From the NCBI GenBank assembly GCA_041740355.1, contig JBGSMD010000030.1, positions 1 through 64,000 on the forward strand: a stretch of DNA of 64,000 nucleotides. The letters are read 5' to 3'. The DNA comes from Bdellovibrionota bacterium. GTDB taxonomy: Bacteria > Bdellovibrionota_C > UBA2361 > CALJRW01. Positions 48,236 to 59,076 of the stretch are shown here, one piece after another. A program made the position numbers and the translations under genes. A model generated the notes under the pieces. That model was not told the DNA's origin. It searched no databases and was given only the letters and a program-made list of their open reading frames with translations. Position 1 is the first letter of the stretch. Each line of letters starts with the position of its first letter.

Positions 48236-49207
48236 ATGAATATCCTGATCCTTGGAATAATGTTTTTAGTTTGTTTGATTGCGGGGGTAATTGTCTACCT
48301 TTTATTTGGCATGACCAAGTCTAAAAAGACATCTAGCAAAAGCCAAATCCAAAATATTATGCAGGCTCAACGTAGTAATGGTAATTTGAGTCGGGCAGAA
48401 CAAAGAAATAATAAACTTGATAAGGTTTTATTATCAACAGAAAAAAAAGTTACAACTTCCGGTGATATGACTTTGCCGAAGAAGCTGCGTTATGCCAGAT
48501 GGAAGATGCCTCCGATTGTGTTTATTGTTTTACAAGTAGTTATAAGTCTAGTTGCAGTTTTTATGGCTAATATTTTTTTTGATTGGCCAATTATCTGCGT
48601 TTCTATTTTCTTAGGTCCGATTATCATGAATTCGCTAGTCGGTATGGCGATGAACCGAAGATTTAAATCCTTTGACAAAGATTATCCTTCCTTTCTACTT
48701 AACGTTGTAAGTATGTTACGAATAGGGATGAACGTAGTAACCGCAATCCAATCTGCTGCCGAAGGATTAAATCCCGAGTCCTTAGTCCGAGAAGAAGTTA
48801 CTTTGATGCTTGATCGTTTAAAACTTGGGGTGTCGGAAGATAAGTCAATTGGTGCCTTTGGTGAGGATATCAATCATCCGGAAATTGAGCTTTTTGTTCA
48901 GGCTGTAATTTTAAGTCGCCGCTTAGGGGGTAACTTATCAGATACGCTGGATCGCTTGTCTCAACAAGTACGTAAACGTCAATTTTTCCGTTCTTCCGCG
49001 GAGGCTGCAGTATCCTTACAGAGAGGTTCGATTTGGGTAATCCTAGGGATCATGGTTTCTTTAGAAGGGTATATTTTAGTAACCAGTCCGGATTTAATTA
49101 TGACCGCGATCAATGATGATTTTGGTTGGCTAGTTTGGCAAGGGGCTGTTGTGACAATCTTTATTGGAATTTTATGGGTGAGACAAGTTACAAAAATTAA
49201 AGTTTAA
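48236..49207 (+). CDS. tadB: TadB inner-membrane platform protein
   Basis: RR...F...P..L......LR.G and GGNL...L..L...VR.R motifs. Confidence 0.9.
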   Translation: MNILILGIMFLVCLIAGVIVYLLFGMTKSKKTSSKSQIQNIMQAQRSNGNLSRAEQRNNKLDKVLLSTEKKVTTSGDMTLPKKLRYARWKMPPIVFIVLQVVISLVAVFMANIFFDWPIICVSIFLGPIIMNSLVGMAMNRRFKSFDKDYPSFLLNVVSMLRIGMNVVTAIQSAAEGLNPESLVREEVTLMLDRLKLGVSEDKSIGAFGEDINHPEIELFVQAVILSRRLGGNLSDTLDRLSQQVRKRQFFRSSAEAAVSLQRGSIWVILGIMVSLEGYILVTSPDLIMTAINDDFGWLVWQGAVVTIFIGILWVRQVTKIKV

Positions 49208-49210
49208 TCA

Positions 49211-50140
49211 ATGGATGTTAATACACTACTAATAATCTTAATTGCTTTTTTTATCCTGATATTCTTTGGAGTATTTGCTTATTTATTTTTAGGTCGGAAG
49301 AAAGAAAGTAATTTAGCGAACTTGATTAAAGTTACTAGGCCTAATGCTGGCAAGATTAATCGAAATTCAGTTAAAGAGAAAATGGCTTCGGCAAATGAGG
49401 ACATTCGTGAGATCACTGAAACTCAGCGCAGAAATTATTCGAAGAAAAAAGTTAAAGTTACGGAAGAGGAGCGTTATTATCATGCCGGCCTGTTAAGTAA
49501 TAAGCAACGTGATAATTTCAAAAAATTCCGATTTTATGCACCTATTGTTGCGGCTGTTATTTTGACGATCTTCACTTATTTTGTGTTAGGGAAAAATCTA
49601 GCCTTATTTGGCTTAGCGATTGGAGCTTTAGCCGGAGTAGCGCTTCCAGGTTTTTATTTAGATCGCTTGATCAGTAAGCGTTACGAAGAGATAATGTATT
49701 ATTTGCCACTTGTAATTGAGCAAATTGCCATTGGTGTAAGCAGCTCGCTAGATATTGGCCCCTGTCTTCAACGCGTAATCCAAATGGCAGATGAACGAGA
49801 TTCCCATAATGTGGTGACAGAATTAATTTTTCATGCCGAGCGCTATATCCGAACAGGGGTAAGTTTAGAAGAAGCAATGAATGAGATTGGTACTAAGTCA
49901 GGTCACCCAGAATTAAAACATGCGTTTATGGCTCTTGCTCAAGTTTCTAAGCATGGGGGAGAGATCTCTCACCAATTACAAGAATTAGCAAGTGCGGTTT
50001 CAAGTCAACGAGAGACTCAGATTGATTCCAAGATTAAGCGCTTGGAGTTAAAAGCAACTGGGCCAGTTGCATTGGTTTTTGTAGCTTTTATGGGAACTTT
50101 AATGATCGGTATTATGATCAAAATTAAAAAGAATTTATAA
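49211..50140 (+). CDS. tadC: TadC inner-membrane platform protein
   Basis: AGL, P..YL...R...I...LP, L.Q..KHG..I...L and K..P motifs. Confidence 0.88.
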   Translation: MDVNTLLIILIAFFILIFFGVFAYLFLGRKKESNLANLIKVTRPNAGKINRNSVKEKMASANEDIREITETQRRNYSKKKVKVTEEERYYHAGLLSNKQRDNFKKFRFYAPIVAAVILTIFTYFVLGKNLALFGLAIGALAGVALPGFYLDRLISKRYEEIMYYLPLVIEQIAIGVSSSLDIGPCLQRVIQMADERDSHNVVTELIFHAERYIRTGVSLEEAMNEIGTKSGHPELKHAFMALAQVSKHGGEISHQLQELASAVSSQRETQIDSKIKRLELKATGPVALVFVAFMGTLMIGIMIKIKKNL

Positions 50141-50298
50141 ATGTTTAGCCTTGGTAGTCAACGAATGAAAAAACTTGAAGTGTCTTTGCTGTAGTAAAAG
50201 TACAGTTGTGACTTGAGCATTTTTTTTGAATTCGACCTACACTCTAACTTAAAAATTAACATAAAGGCATAACCTTAGTGTTACTATGATGAATTTGA

Positions 50299-52380
50299 AT
50301 GCTTAAATTTTTAAGAAACATTAATAGCGATTTTTTCGTAGCTCTATTCGTATTGTGCGTCGCTGCGCTGCTATTTGTTCCCCTTCCTACAGCACTATTA
50401 GATGTTTTAATTGCTGGGAATATCGCCTTTTCTTTACTTCTTTTATTGATTGGTCTTTCTCTTAACAATGTACTCTCCCTCCTTACATTTCCCACCTTAT
50501 TACTGCTATCAACATTATTTCGACTGAGCTTAAATGTCGCATCTTCCCGTCTAATTCTTAGTCAAGGAGATGCTGGTCAAGTTATCCATTCATTTGGTAC
50601 ATTTTTAATTCAGGGTGAATTAGTAGTTGGGATAATTATTTTCTTAATGTTAACCGTAATTAATTTGATAGTCATTACTCGTGGAGCGTCACGAGTATCG
50701 GAAGTAGCTGCCCGCTTCACCTTGGATGCTTTGCCAGGAAAGCAATTAACGATCGATTCCGATTTACGGACAGGTTTAATCTCCGCGGAGGATGCTAAAA
50801 AAAGACGTGAGGATTTGCGTAAAGAGAGCCAAGTATACGGTTCCATGGACGGAGCGATGAAATTTGTTCAAGGTGATGCCATTGCTGGAATCTTTATAAT
50901 TTGCGCTAATATGTTTGGGGGGATGTATCTTGGACTACGATCGGGCTTAAGTTTCTCTGAGGCACTTGAAACCTACACTGTCTTAACAATTGGAGATGGA
51001 TTAGTTACGCAAATTCCGGCATTGTTAGTTTCTAGTTGTGCGGGATTTGTGGTTACACGAGTCTCTACGGAAAATACTTCAACGCTAAGTTCAGATTTAG
51101 TAAGTCAGTTGCTTCGCAATCGTAAAATCCTTTTCACTGCTGCTATTGTAACCGCTTTTATTGCCTTCTTGCCAGGATTGCCAGCATGGCCGTTCTTATT
51201 TGCAGCATTGGTATTTGTATTCTTAGGGTTTATTATTCGATTTGACTCTCAGGGTAAACAGATTCTTTTTTCCAATAGTCCCCAGCTTAGACAAATAAGT
51301 GGCGGCAGTTCAAATTCTAAGATGTTGACGAATTCTACAACTGGCGCCTCAAATTTAAAAATTTATTTATCTGCCGATTTAATTAAAATCTTTGGAAATA
51401 ATCAGACTTATTATTTTGATTGGTGGAAACAAGAACAGCAGCAGTTTCATGAAAACTATGGAGTTGATTTACCAGATTTTCAGTTAATCCTTCGTCCCGA
51501 ATACTCGGGCGGAGAATTTAATTTAATTAATAAAGATTATTCCTTTTATCATGGAAACATCTCCGCGCAAACTTGCTACATAGAAATTGCCAGTGAGCAA
51601 TTAGCTTGTTATGGAATTAAAGTAATTAAGTCTGTCAGGGCACCAATTTCCCAACGGCGAGTATCTTTGGTCTTGGATTCTAATTTAATTCGTAGTTTGA
51701 AAGCTAATTCTCAATTAGTAGTTTTTGATGCATTGCAGTTTATCGCGCTACAAGCAAAAGATTTCTATTTTAGAAATCCCGAGCAACTTTTTACTTTAAC
51801 TAATATTCATTTATCAATCAAAGAGATCGAAAATCATTTTCCAGGATTATTTACGGAATTATTTGCTAATAATTTCTTTAATTCAGCCAGATTGTTGGAG
51901 CTTTCCAATGCCTTATTTCGATCCGGTCTTTACTACAAAAATGTTCGGACTCTTTTAGAGGATCTTGCGATTTATAGTTCCTCTTATGGTAAAGATCTAA
52001 TTCAAGCTAATGAATTTAATATTTCGGACATTGTCGACTTCTTACGAATGCAAAATAAGCGCCAGATTGTCGCTAGTCACTTAACACATAAAAAAAGTTT
52101 AAAAGTCATTTATGCCGGAGCAGAACTAAAACATTCTTTACTGCAAGCATCCAAACAAGATCGAAGTGTAAAAAAACAACTACTGAAATCTTTAGAAACC
52201 GTATATGATAGTTTAGCTGCTAAATCGAATTACACGGTTATGTTACTTGTGCCGAACGAATTGCGTCTAAAGTTAAACTCATTATTAATTGAGAATGGCT
52301 TAACCTATTCAGTGATTAGTTACAATGAAATTGACCCGGCTGTTAGTATTGAACCATTAGGAACTTGGAATTATAGTTAG
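50299..52380 (+). CDS. sctV: Type III export gate protein, FHIPEP family, SctV-like
   Basis: FPTLLL..TLFRL.LNVASSRLIL, RVSEVAARFTLDA.PGKQ, ESQVYGSMDGAMKFVQGDAIAG, LTIGDGLV.QIP and a C-terminal S.NEI. Confidence 0.9.
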   Translation: MLKFLRNINSDFFVALFVLCVAALLFVPLPTALLDVLIAGNIAFSLLLLLIGLSLNNVLSLLTFPTLLLLSTLFRLSLNVASSRLILSQGDAGQVIHSFGTFLIQGELVVGIIIFLMLTVINLIVITRGASRVSEVAARFTLDALPGKQLTIDSDLRTGLISAEDAKKRREDLRKESQVYGSMDGAMKFVQGDAIAGIFIICANMFGGMYLGLRSGLSFSEALETYTVLTIGDGLVTQIPALLVSSCAGFVVTRVSTENTSTLSSDLVSQLLRNRKILFTAAIVTAFIAFLPGLPAWPFLFAALVFVFLGFIIRFDSQGKQILFSNSPQLRQISGGSSNSKMLTNSTTGASNLKIYLSADLIKIFGNNQTYYFDWWKQEQQQFHENYGVDLPDFQLILRPEYSGGEFNLINKDYSFYHGNISAQTCYIEIASEQLACYGIKVIKSVRAPISQRRVSLVLDSNLIRSLKANSQLVVFDALQFIALQAKDFYFRNPEQLFTLTNIHLSIKEIENHFPGLFTELFANNFFNSARLLELSNALFRSGLYYKNVRTLLEDLAIYSSSYGKDLIQANEFNISDIVDFLRMQNKRQIVASHLTHKKSLKVIYAGAELKHSLLQASKQDRSVKKQLLKSLETVYDSLAAKSNYTVMLLVPNELRLKLNSLLIENGLTYSVISYNEIDPAVSIEPLGTWNYS

Positions 52381-54777
52381 ATGAGTGATAATTTAATCCC
52401 CCATACCCCCGGACCATATACGGATTATTTTCAGATCTCTTATAAAATTGCGGAGACTTTTGGTGCAAATTTATATAGTGGCATAAATGTTGATAGTTCC
52501 AAGCCCACTGTACTCTGGGTTTCCAAATTTCCTGTTAATTTAACTTCTGCGGAAGCTCAAAATCTATTGTTGCAAATGCACAGTATCGATGTAATTGATC
52601 CTCCAGTTGGACCATTTGATACCTATGGAATTGATTTTCATGGTTTAGCATTTCTAAGTTTTACTGAAAAAATATCAAATAATTTAAATCAATCACGCGC
52701 TAATACAGAAGAGATGGAGCGAAGGCTGTTTAAGGCCATTCGATTGGTTCATAAAGCGCATCAAGCAAATTGTTGCTTTGGAGATCTTAACCCCAACTCT
52801 TTTTGGTTAAATAATTCTGGAGGTGTTGAATTAACCTCTGTCCTAAAATTACCGATGACATTTCAAAAAAGTGATCTGGCGAGCTTTGATTCACAGTTGA
52901 TTGCTTATCTGGCACCGGAGGTTTTTGAAAAGGTAGTTAGCACCCAAAGTGATGTCTACTCCTTGGGGATGATTGCTTTCTATCTAATCCTCAATCGTCT
53001 TCCCGTGGAAGTTGAATTAACGCCAGAAGGATTACCAAAAATTGATTATACTTTAGAAAATACTTTCAAAAAACAATTGCCTCCCTACTTATTGGAAGTA
53101 TTAGAGAAAGCAATTTCCTTGGACCCGGCGTTGCGATATCAGACAGCCGGCGAGCTAATTGAGGCTTTGGTTGCTATTAATGAACGGATTAAAGTGGGAG
53201 ATAAACGGGAGACTCCCGCAACTGAGCCAATAGTAAATATTCTTCCAGCGATTCGTTCAAAAGATCAAATGCAGATTGAAAAATTTCAAGAATCTTTAGC
53301 TAAACGTTTAGCTAATAATGCTTATAAAATTATCTTTTCTGTCATTGCATTTGTAATTTTAGCATCCTTAGTAACTGGGTTAATGTTTTATCGCCATTAT
53401 CGCCAAACGTTAGCTCGTGAGATTAATGAAGCAACAGCGCCATTTTCAGGAGGTAATCCTGAACTGACTAAGTCCATTGCGCAAATTTCCAATATTAGTG
53501 CTGAACTCAAAGATAAGATTGCCGAGATTCAGTCTTTGGCAGAATCTCCCGATCCCTTAAGTTATGGTTTATTAGTTGCCAGTGCGGACAATAGCAAAGA
53601 TGATTTGCTAGTTAAAAACTCTCAGTCAGCCATTATCCAAAAATTGCAAAGTTCTGGGCAAGTACTGACAGCGATTCAACTTGAACAATGGTTTCGCTAT
53701 GGAAATAAGGATATTAAAAGTCCAGTCTTCGGGAAGGTCTTAAAACTTCTTGACCCAGCAATGCCTTTAAAAAATAAACTTTCAGCAATTAATAAATTAA
53801 ACAGTCAAGATTTAAATATTTCTACTCGTCTTGCTGCGGCACTATATTTTGATTTAAAACAACCGGATAGTTTTAAAGAATTATTAGTTCAGCAAATTGG
53901 GAAAGGTTTAGGTATTCCCGCAGCTGAAAAACTTTCTGCTTTGGCTTTAATCATGCAACATGAAGCTTTACATCAGATTTTTTCAGAACAAATTAAATCT
54001 AATTATTCAAAACTTTCGGAATATGATTTAAAGGTTTTGTTAGAATATTTTGCTAAACGTGATCAGCAAGTATTTAAAGATTTAGTTAAGATAATAATTG
54101 AACAAAATATATATCCTAAACTTAAAGCCCGTTTTTTAGTGGCAATTATTAGTAATAAAGATCTTAGTATCGATCTAACAGAAGCTCTGACTATGGTGGC
54201 AGTTGATAAAGTTGATGCATCTTATCTAAATCGAATTGTTACATGGCAGTCACCACAGGCAGAAGAATTACTATTTTCTTTAATTTCAATCTTAGAAGAT
54301 AACGAAGGTAAAGTAATGGTTCTTGACAGTCTAGCTATCCGAAACTTGCAATCAAATCCAGGGCAAGGGTTTGTTAAATGGTTAAAGGAAAATAAGTGGG
54401 AGCAAAGGCAAAAATACCTAGATTCCTTAGCTACTTTAGCTACTTCAGTAAACTTTACTGAACAAGAGATTTTATCAGCATTAAAAATATTTCAAAAAGA
54501 CTTACAAGATACTGGGTTGCAAAATGCATTATTAGCTAGTGCCGATGATCGCTTACCATTATTATTTATTGAAAACTTCTCGGAGAGTATTGGCTTAGCA
54601 CAAAAACTGAATTTACTTAAACATCCAAATACTGAAATTCGCAAAGCAATTATTAAACGACTGGAAACAAATGACGTTGGTGCAATGAAGTTGATCGTTG
54701 ATGCCTATTCTCTGGAGCAAAATGAAGAGTTAAAGAATATCTATAAAGAGAAGTATTGGTTTGTGAAGAACCGTTAA
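52381..54777 (+). CDS. Membrane-spanning pseudokinase with large helical C-terminal domain
   Basis: FGDLNPNS replaces HRDLKPEN; no DFG or Gly loop. YLAPE, SDVYSLG and RYQTA.E are retained. TM helix at about aa 315-337. ATG directly follows the sctV stop. Confidence 0.75.
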   Translation: MSDNLIPHTPGPYTDYFQISYKIAETFGANLYSGINVDSSKPTVLWVSKFPVNLTSAEAQNLLLQMHSIDVIDPPVGPFDTYGIDFHGLAFLSFTEKISNNLNQSRANTEEMERRLFKAIRLVHKAHQANCCFGDLNPNSFWLNNSGGVELTSVLKLPMTFQKSDLASFDSQLIAYLAPEVFEKVVSTQSDVYSLGMIAFYLILNRLPVEVELTPEGLPKIDYTLENTFKKQLPPYLLEVLEKAISLDPALRYQTAGELIEALVAINERIKVGDKRETPATEPIVNILPAIRSKDQMQIEKFQESLAKRLANNAYKIIFSVIAFVILASLVTGLMFYRHYRQTLAREINEATAPFSGGNPELTKSIAQISNISAELKDKIAEIQSLAESPDPLSYGLLVASADNSKDDLLVKNSQSAIIQKLQSSGQVLTAIQLEQWFRYGNKDIKSPVFGKVLKLLDPAMPLKNKLSAINKLNSQDLNISTRLAAALYFDLKQPDSFKELLVQQIGKGLGIPAAEKLSALALIMQHEALHQIFSEQIKSNYSKLSEYDLKVLLEYFAKRDQQVFKDLVKIIIEQNIYPKLKARFLVAIISNKDLSIDLTEALTMVAVDKVDASYLNRIVTWQSPQAEELLFSLISILEDNEGKVMVLDSLAIRNLQSNPGQGFVKWLKENKWEQRQKYLDSLATLATSVNFTEQEILSALKIFQKDLQDTGLQNALLASADDRLPLLFIENFSESIGLAQKLNLLKHPNTEIRKAIIKRLETNDVGAMKLIVDAYSLEQNEELKNIYKEKYWFVKNR

Positions 54778-54838
54778 GCCCTGAACTCAAAGCTTACTAC
54801 TAGTTATTTTGAAATTTAAAGAGTACAGAGATTGAGAA

Positions 54839-54940
54839 CCCGTCTTCGCACTACGTGCTATGACGTGGTAAACCCGTCTTTCGCATATGTGCTACAACAC
54901 GGTAAGCCCGTATTCGTACTATGTGCTATGACGTGGTTAC
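54839..54940. repeat. Three tandem 34-bp bulged-hairpin repeats downstream of tRNA-Leu
   Basis: Units at 54839, 54873 and 54907 (CCCGTCTTCGCACTACGTGCTATGACGTGGTAAA and variants); no spacers. Confidence 0.88.
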
Positions 54941-54975
54941 TTTCTTAATAATTTTTCAAATTATTAAGAAAGTAA

Positions 54976-55055
54976 TGCGGAAGGAGGGACTTGAACCCTC
55001 ACGCCGAAGCACTAGATCCTAAGTCTAGCGTGTCTGCCAATTCCACCACCCCCGC
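54976..55055 (-). tRNA. tRNA-Leu(TAG)
   Basis: Reverse complement reads GCGGGGGTGGTGGAATTGGCAGACACG-CTAGA-CT-TAG-GA-TCTAG-...GGTTCAAGTCC...CCGCA. Variable arm present; CCA not encoded. Confidence 0.95.
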
Positions 55056-55330
55056 AAAGAAATGATTAGGAACCACATAATAATCAATTTTTAATTTTTT
55101 ACAAGTGTTGTGTATGGCCAGTGTGCATTGCGCACTGGCCTTACACAAAATCACGCCGAAGCATGCTAAGCATAATTGTTCTAATCTTCAGACAATGCGT
55201 AGGCGGATTACTGGGATAAATATCAAGCTAAATGTCCAAATCCTATTTTTTGTTGATTTCTGTAACTGTTTACTATGCCAATAACTATTGGTATACCAGT
55301 AAGGAAATTTACAAAAATTAAACTAAAAAT

Positions 55331-56725
55331 ATGGACTTTAATAAACAAATTACTAACGTTAACTCAGTTACAACTGAAGCTTTAATTACAATTCCAGTAG
55401 AAGCAACTAATTCCGCATATGAGGCAGAAATCAAGAAAGCTTCAATGAAGGCTAACCTTAAAGGTTTTCGTCCAGGAAAAGCACCTCGTAAGATGATTGA
55501 AGGGATTTATGGTGGCCGTGCGCGGATGGACGCAATTGATAATGTTGCAAGAGAAGCTCTAAATAAGACAATTCAAGAGCTAGATCGCGCAGCTGACTTA
55601 ATCGGTCAACCGGAAGTTGATTTCATCAGTCTGGACCCAGCTAAACCATTAGAATTTAAAGCCACTGTTTATTTTTTCCCACGTCCAACAATCGAAGGAT
55701 ATGATCAACTTTCTGTGGCATTACCAGAAATGCCAGCAGTCGGAACTAAAGAAGTAGATGAAGCACTTAAAAGAATTGCCCATAGTAAAGCAAAACTAAC
55801 TAAAATTGAAAAACGTAAGAAAGTTCAAAAAGGGGACGTTCTTGTCGGTGTTTATCAAGAGCGGGAAGGGGATCAAGAATTTTCTGCTGAAGAAAAAATT
55901 AATATTCCTTTAGGTGATAAGTTTTTGCCAACAGAGTTAGAAGATCAACTGATTGGTTTAGAGATTGCTAAAGACTTCGAAACTACTATTTCATACCCTG
56001 ATGATAGTGATCATAAATTCCTTGCAGGCAAAGCTATCACTTACAAAATTCGCGTAGAGGAAATTATGGAGAGAGAACTACCAGAATTAAATGAAGAATT
56101 TGTAAAGGAGTTAAAGTTTCAAGATGCTGCTACTGTTGAAGATTTAAAAGCTAAGTTAGCCTCTACTATTGAGAAGGAAAATCAAAGATATTGGGAACAG
56201 AACAGACAAACAGCTATCATCCAAGCAATTTTAGATGCTAATCATTTTGATGTACCAAAGTTAATGGTGGATCAAGAGCTTAAGGCTATGTTCCAAGAAG
56301 CTTCTGGGAAAGAGCCTACCGCTGATGATTTGAATAAGGTTCCAGTTGAAGTGCAGGTTCGTGCTGAAAAGCAATTGCGTTCAGGTTTAGCTTTAATGCA
56401 AATTGCCCGACAAGAAAAATTAATGGCTACAAGAGAAGATCTTCAAAGTCATGTTGAGCAAGTAGCTGCTGATTCAGGAATGGATATCAAAATGTTACAA
56501 GACTTGTATCTTAACAACCAACAGTTGGCACAGTCCTTACAATCTGAAATTACTACTAAAAAAGTTTTTGACTTTTTAGAGTCAAAAATTAGTGGTACAA
56601 CTGTAGTCTCCAAGAAAGCTTCTCCAAAAAAAGAAGCTAAACCAGCGAAAGAGAGTAAAAAGACTGCTGCCGAGGAAGCTCCAGCTAAGCCTAAGAAATC
56701 TTCCAAAACAAAATCTAAGGAGTAA
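55331..56725 (+). CDS. tig: Trigger factor
   Basis: [12 protein letters not shown]-like middle domain and Lys-rich tail; upstream of clpP. Confidence 0.95.
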   Translation: MDFNKQITNVNSVTTEALITIPVEATNSAYEAEIKKASMKANLKGFRPGKAPRKMIEGIYGGRARMDAIDNVAREALNKTIQELDRAADLIGQPEVDFISLDPAKPLEFKATVYFFPRPTIEGYDQLSVALPEMPAVGTKEVDEALKRIAHSKAKLTKIEKRKKVQKGDVLVGVYQEREGDQEFSAEEKINIPLGDKFLPTELEDQLIGLEIAKDFETTISYPDDSDHKFLAGKAITYKIRVEEIMERELPELNEEFVKELKFQDAATVEDLKAKLASTIEKENQRYWEQNRQTAIIQAILDANHFDVPKLMVDQELKAMFQEASGKEPTADDLNKVPVEVQVRAEKQLRSGLALMQIARQEKLMATREDLQSHVEQVAADSGMDIKMLQDLYLNNQQLAQSLQSEITTKKVFDFLESKISGTTVVSKKASPKKEAKPAKESKKTAAEEAPAKPKKSSKTKSKE

Positions 56726-56730
56726 ACTTA

Positions 56731-57333
56731 ATGAAAAAAGAAACTGTCATGTCGTATATACCCTATGTAGTTGAACAGACTGGTCGAGGAGAAAGATCCT
56801 ATGATATTTATTCACGCTTATTGAAAGAGCGAATTGTTTTTCTTGGTACGGAAGTAAACAGTATGGTGGCCAATTTAATTGTCGCTCAGTTGTTACACTT
56901 AGAAAGTGAAGATCCAGAAAAAGATATTTTCTTATACATCAATAGCCCAGGGGGTGAAGTTTATGCAGGCTTAGCAATTTACGATACGATGCAATACATC
57001 AAACCTGATGTTGTAACGGTTTGTATCGGTCAAGCTGCCAGTATGGGAGCAGTATTATTAGCAGGTGGAGCTGCTGGCAAACGAAATGCCTTGCCGCATT
57101 CTCGAATTATGATTCATCAACCGCTTGGTGGTTTTCAAGGGCAGGCATCGGATATTGAAATTCATGCTAAGGAAATTAAGAGAGTAAAATCAGAGTTAAA
57201 TGGAATTTTAGCTAAGCATACAGGTAAGACTACTGCCGCTGTGGAAAAAGATTCTGATCGAGATAATTTTATGACTACGCTAGAAGCCAAAGAGTATGGT
57301 TTGATCGATGCGATTTATCAGCATCATAAGTAA
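56731..57333 (+). CDS. clpP: ClpP protease
   Basis: [24 protein letters not shown] and DRD. The start may be at 56749. Confidence 0.97.
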   Translation: MKKETVMSYIPYVVEQTGRGERSYDIYSRLLKERIVFLGTEVNSMVANLIVAQLLHLESEDPEKDIFLYINSPGGEVYAGLAIYDTMQYIKPDVVTVCIGQAASMGAVLLAGGAAGKRNALPHSRIMIHQPLGGFQGQASDIEIHAKEIKRVKSELNGILAKHTGKTTAAVEKDSDRDNFMTTLEAKEYGLIDAIYQHHK

Positions 57334-57354
57334 TAATCTTTACAGTTATTATAA

Positions 57355-57425
57355 TTCTCCCCTTTTTGTTCACAAAAGTTTAATGCTATCATAGTGTTAA
57401 TGCCGTGTGAGCAAAAAGGGGAGAA
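57355..57425. other. Long intergenic hairpin between clpP and clpX
   Basis: TTCTCCCCTTTTTGTTCACA / TGTGAGCAAAAAGGGGAGAA 20-bp stem plus an inner TAATGCTA/TAGTGTTA stem. Confidence 0.75.
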
Positions 57426-57495
57426 ACAATTGCGTAAGCACATCAATTACTTTAGACTAGTAGTTATTGTATAAGTTTTTTATAATACATCGCCT

Positions 57496-58776
57496 GTGAC
57501 TAAATCAACTTCAAACCCAACCGATAAATCAAAAAAAACTCCAGAATGTTCTTTTTGTGGTCGAACAATCGACCAAGTAAGAAAAATGATTTCCGGATCA
57601 GCTAATGTACACATCTGTGATGAGTGTATCGATCTATGTAATGAAATTATTGCCGAAGAAGTCGGACAGGAAACAGAAGTAGCCAAGATAGATGGACTTC
57701 CTCGTCCCCGTGAAATTATGAACTTTTTAGATCAATATGTTGTTGGTCAAAATTTTGCCAAGAAAGTTCTATCTGTCGCTGTGCATAACCATTATAAACG
57801 CATCGAAGCGCAGAAAAATTCTAAGTCAGAAGTAGAGATTGCTAAATCTAACATCCTTTTAATCGGTTCAACTGGAACAGGCAAAACATTATTAGCTCAA
57901 ACTTTAGCTAAGGTTTTAAATGTTCCTTTTGCTATCGCTGATGCAACGACATTAACTGAAGCTGGTTATGTGGGAGAAGATGTTGAAAATATAATTCAGA
58001 GTTTATTACAGTCGGCTGACTATGATGTGGAATTAGCTCAAAGAGGAATTATTTATATCGATGAAATAGATAAGATTACTCGTAAATCTGAGAACCCTTC
58101 CATAACCCGAGATGTTTCTGGGGAAGGAGTACAGCAAGCATTGTTAAAAATGCTAGAGGGAACTGTGGCTAGCATTCCACCTAAAGGTGGGCGCAAGCAC
58201 CCCCAACAAGAATTTGTTCAAGTTGACACTAAGAATATTCTGTTTATTTGTGGTGGAGCTTTCGTTGGTCTGGAAGACACTATTCGCCGTCGCTTAGGTG
58301 ATAAAAAAATGGGATTTGGAATTCGGAAATCTGATGACATCTTAAATATTAAAGATGAGAAAGCTCGACTTCTAGTCCACGTTGAACCAGAAGATCTTTT
58401 GCAATTTGGATTAATCCCAGAATTTATCGGACGCCTTCCCCTTGTTGCCCCCTTAGAAGAGCTTGATGAAGCTACGCTGATTAAGATTTTATTAGAGCCA
58501 AAAAATGCGCTCACTAAGCAGTACAAGAAATTGTTTGAGATGGAAGATGTGGAATTAAAGTTCACTGAAGGATCAATCTCAGCAATTGCTAAGAAGGCAA
58601 TCGATCGTAAAACAGGTGCTCGTGGATTACGCGCTATCCTAGAAAAATTAATGCTCGATACGATGTTTGAGATTCCATCTGATGACACAATTAAAGAAGT
58701 CATTGTGTCGGAAGATTCAATCATGAAGAGTGAAAAACCAATGATTGTCCACCATTCTAAAAAGGAATCAGCTTAA
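57496..58776 (+). CDS. clpX: ClpX ATPase
   Basis: CSFC...CDEC zinc finger, [16 protein letters not shown] and GARGLR. Confidence 0.97.
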   Translation: MTKSTSNPTDKSKKTPECSFCGRTIDQVRKMISGSANVHICDECIDLCNEIIAEEVGQETEVAKIDGLPRPREIMNFLDQYVVGQNFAKKVLSVAVHNHYKRIEAQKNSKSEVEIAKSNILLIGSTGTGKTLLAQTLAKVLNVPFAIADATTLTEAGYVGEDVENIIQSLLQSADYDVELAQRGIIYIDEIDKITRKSENPSITRDVSGEGVQQALLKMLEGTVASIPPKGGRKHPQQEFVQVDTKNILFICGGAFVGLEDTIRRRLGDKKMGFGIRKSDDILNIKDEKARLLVHVEPEDLLQFGLIPEFIGRLPLVAPLEELDEATLIKILLEPKNALTKQYKKLFEMEDVELKFTEGSISAIAKKAIDRKTGARGLRAILEKLMLDTMFEIPSDDTIKEVIVSEDSIMKSEKPMIVHHSKKESA

Positions 58777-59076
58777 TTCTTTGAGCTGTTTTTCTTGCAT
58801 TACTACAGATACCCCGTGGATTAGCCTTGAATTTGAGAGACAACAGTATTATCAAGTATAATAAGTTAGGAAAATGCAAACTTTATGCAGATTGGTCGCT
58901 TAGTATCTTTCCTATATTTTTTGAATAAATTATTCTATATTCAGAGTCTTACTACAGAGTAAGCTCATTTAAGCCATTATTAGCTAATAGTTAGATTTTT
59001 CGTGGCGCTTAAGAGACATTATCGCCGTAAATAAGGTTTTCGGCATTTATTTTTTCAATTTACTTAATATATTCCT

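Noticed and set aside
54839-54940. Possible mini-CRISPR array of 34-bp repeats
   Set aside because: Units are head-to-tail with no spacers, differ from each other, and no cas genes are in the window.
1947-58724. Long antisense ORFs (1947-2570, 22058-22459, 44321-44974, 58218-58724 and similar)
   Set aside because: They are shadows of well-supported genes on the opposite strand and have no motifs of their own.
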